Below, piece by piece: positions 63,005 to 64,000 of a stretch of DNA of 64,000 nucleotides. The translations under genes and the position numbers were made by a program. Below the pieces are notes generated by a model. It ran no database searches, had not been told where the DNA came from, and worked only from the letters and a program-made list of their open reading frames with translations. Source of the DNA: Eledone cirrhosa (Eukaryota); the NCBI GenBank assembly GCA_964016885.1, contig OZ024741.1:255130001-255194000 (forward strand), written 5' to 3'. Numbering within the stretch: the first letter of the stretch is position 1; the number at the start of each line of letters is the position of its first letter.

Positions 63005-64000
63005 TGTCAGTGCCAGTGTTGTTGTAGTTGTTGCTGTTTTCTGTGTCAGTGCCAGTGTTGTTGTTGTTGCTGTTTTCTCTGTCAGTGCCAGTGTTGTTGT
63101 AGCTGTTGCTGTTTTCTGTGTCAGTGCCAGTGTTGTTATAGTTGTTGCTGTTTACTGTGTCAGTGCCAGTGTTGTTGTAGTTGTTGCTGTTTTCTCTGTC
63201 AGTGCCAGTGTTGTTGTAGTTGTTGCTGTTTTCTCTGTCAGTGCCAGTGTTGTTGTAGTTGTTGCTGTTTTCTGTGTCAGTGCCAGTGTTGTTGTTGTTG
63301 CTGTTTTCTCTGTCAGTGCCAGTGTTGTTGTAGTTGTTGCTGTTTTCTCTGTCAGTGCCAGTGTTGTTGTAGTTGTTGCTGTTTTCTCTGTCAGTGCCAG
63401 TGTTGTTGTTGTTGTTGCTGTTTTCTCTGTCAGTGCCAGTGTTGTAGTTGTTGCTGTTTTCTCTGTCAGTGCCAGTGTTGTTGTAGTTGTTGCTGTTTTC
63501 TGTGTCAGTGCCAGTGTTGTTGTTGTTGCTGTTTTCTCTGTCAGTGCCAGTGTTGTTGTTGTTGTTATTTTCACTGTCAGTGCCAGTGTTGTTGCTGTTG
63601 CTGTTTTCTCTGTCAGTGCCAGTGATGTTGTAGTTGTTGGTGTTTTCTGTGTTAGTGCCAGTGTTGTTGTAGTTGTTGCTGTTTTCTGTGTCAGTGCCAG
63701 TGTTGTTGCTGTTGCTGTTTTCTCTGTCAGTGCCAGTGTTGTTGTAGTTGTTGCTGCTTTCTCTGTCAGTGCCAGTGTTGTTGTAGTTGTTGCTGTTTTC
63801 TGTGTCAGTGCCAGTGTGGTTGTTGTTGTTGTTTTCTCTGTCAGTGCAAGTGTTGTTGTAGTTGTTGCTGTTTTCTGTGTCAGTGCCACTGTTGTTGTTG
63901 CTGTTTTCTCTGTCAGTGCTAGTGTTGTTGTAGTTTTTGCTGTTTTCTGTGTCAGTGCCAGTGTTGTTGTGGCTGTTTTCTGTGTCAGTGCCAGTGTTGT
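52400..64000. repeat. Dispersed duplicated blocks: ~53500-54540 recurs at offset 3,555 and ~52400-54150 recurs at offset ~9,841
   Basis: ORF pairs 53506/57061 and 54096/57651. ORF boundaries 53163/63004 and 53311/63152 differ by 9841. Shared GTTGTGGCT and GTTGTTATTTTCACT variants. Copies are near-identical, not exact. Confidence 0.78.
59330..60040. repeat. Short higher-order tandem duplication, period 339 bp
   Basis: AGTCCCAGT variant (C at 59532 and 59871) and GCCAGCGTT variant (C at 59654 and 59993), both 339 bp apart. Boundaries are approximate. Confidence 0.8.

Larger units (their letters stand above)
1..64000. repeat. Tandem minisatellite/satellite array; unit = GCTGTTTTCT[C/G]TGTCAGTGCCAGT + (GTT/GTA/GCT)n, mostly 33-39 bp; runs off both ends of the window
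   Basis: The 24-bp core recurs head-to-tail on every line with no inversion or unique interruption. The commonest 39-bp unit is GTCAGTGCCAGTGTTGTTGTAGTTGTTGCTGTTTTCTCT (3 A, 6 C, 11 G, 19 T). Confidence 0.99.

Noticed and set aside
1-64000. CRISPR-like layout (constant 24-bp core with variable intervening sequence)
   Set aside because: The intervening parts are short GTT tracts rather than unique spacers; the core is not palindromic and no cas genes or leader are present.
1-64000. Third minus frame (QRKQQQLQQHWH*) read through TGA as Trp, Cys or Sec
   Set aside because: This register also contains frequent TAA (plus GTTAGT variants) and TAG (plus GCTATT variants), so TGA recoding would not open it. 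No SECIS-like unique sequence is present.
1-64000. Antifreeze glycoprotein or ice-nucleation protein repeat
   Set aside because: No (Thr-Ala-Ala)n tripeptide and no AGYGSTxT octapeptide in any frame.
1-64000. Canonical telomerase-made repeat or G-quadruplex array
   Set aside because: The consensus has no GG or GGG runs, and inherited variants in kb-scale duplicated blocks indicate recombinational amplification rather than templated addition.

Overview
The whole 64 kb window is one uninterrupted, single-orientation tandem array (minisatellite/satellite) of roughly 1,700 units, estimated from 64,000 / ~37 bp. Each unit is a conserved 24-bp core, GCTGTTTTCT[C/G]TGTCAGTGCCAGT, followed by a short variable (GTT)n tract often interrupted by GTA or GCT, giving mostly 33/36/39-bp units. 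I see no unique sequence, conventional gene, RNA gene, transposon or CRISPR array. Unit lengths are multiples of 3 and the consensus lacks stops in several frames, so very long ORFs appear: VSASVVVVAVFS (+), Thr-rich LALTEKTATTTTT (-) and Asn-rich NTGTDRENSNNYN (-). Every frame is nevertheless broken by stops and by 8 frameshifts, some copied by duplication, so non-coding satellite is the best-supported reading; a decayed or non-standard-code mucin-like exon cannot be excluded. The most informative structure is a layered higher-order organisation: an apparently exact 6,657-bp duplication, blocks at offsets 339, 402, 972, 1,703, 1,722, 2,686, 3,555, 4,894 and 9,841 bp, and recurring ordered 'phrases' of variant units. 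The organism cannot be identified from this window, and I do not find convincing evidence of a novel gene system.
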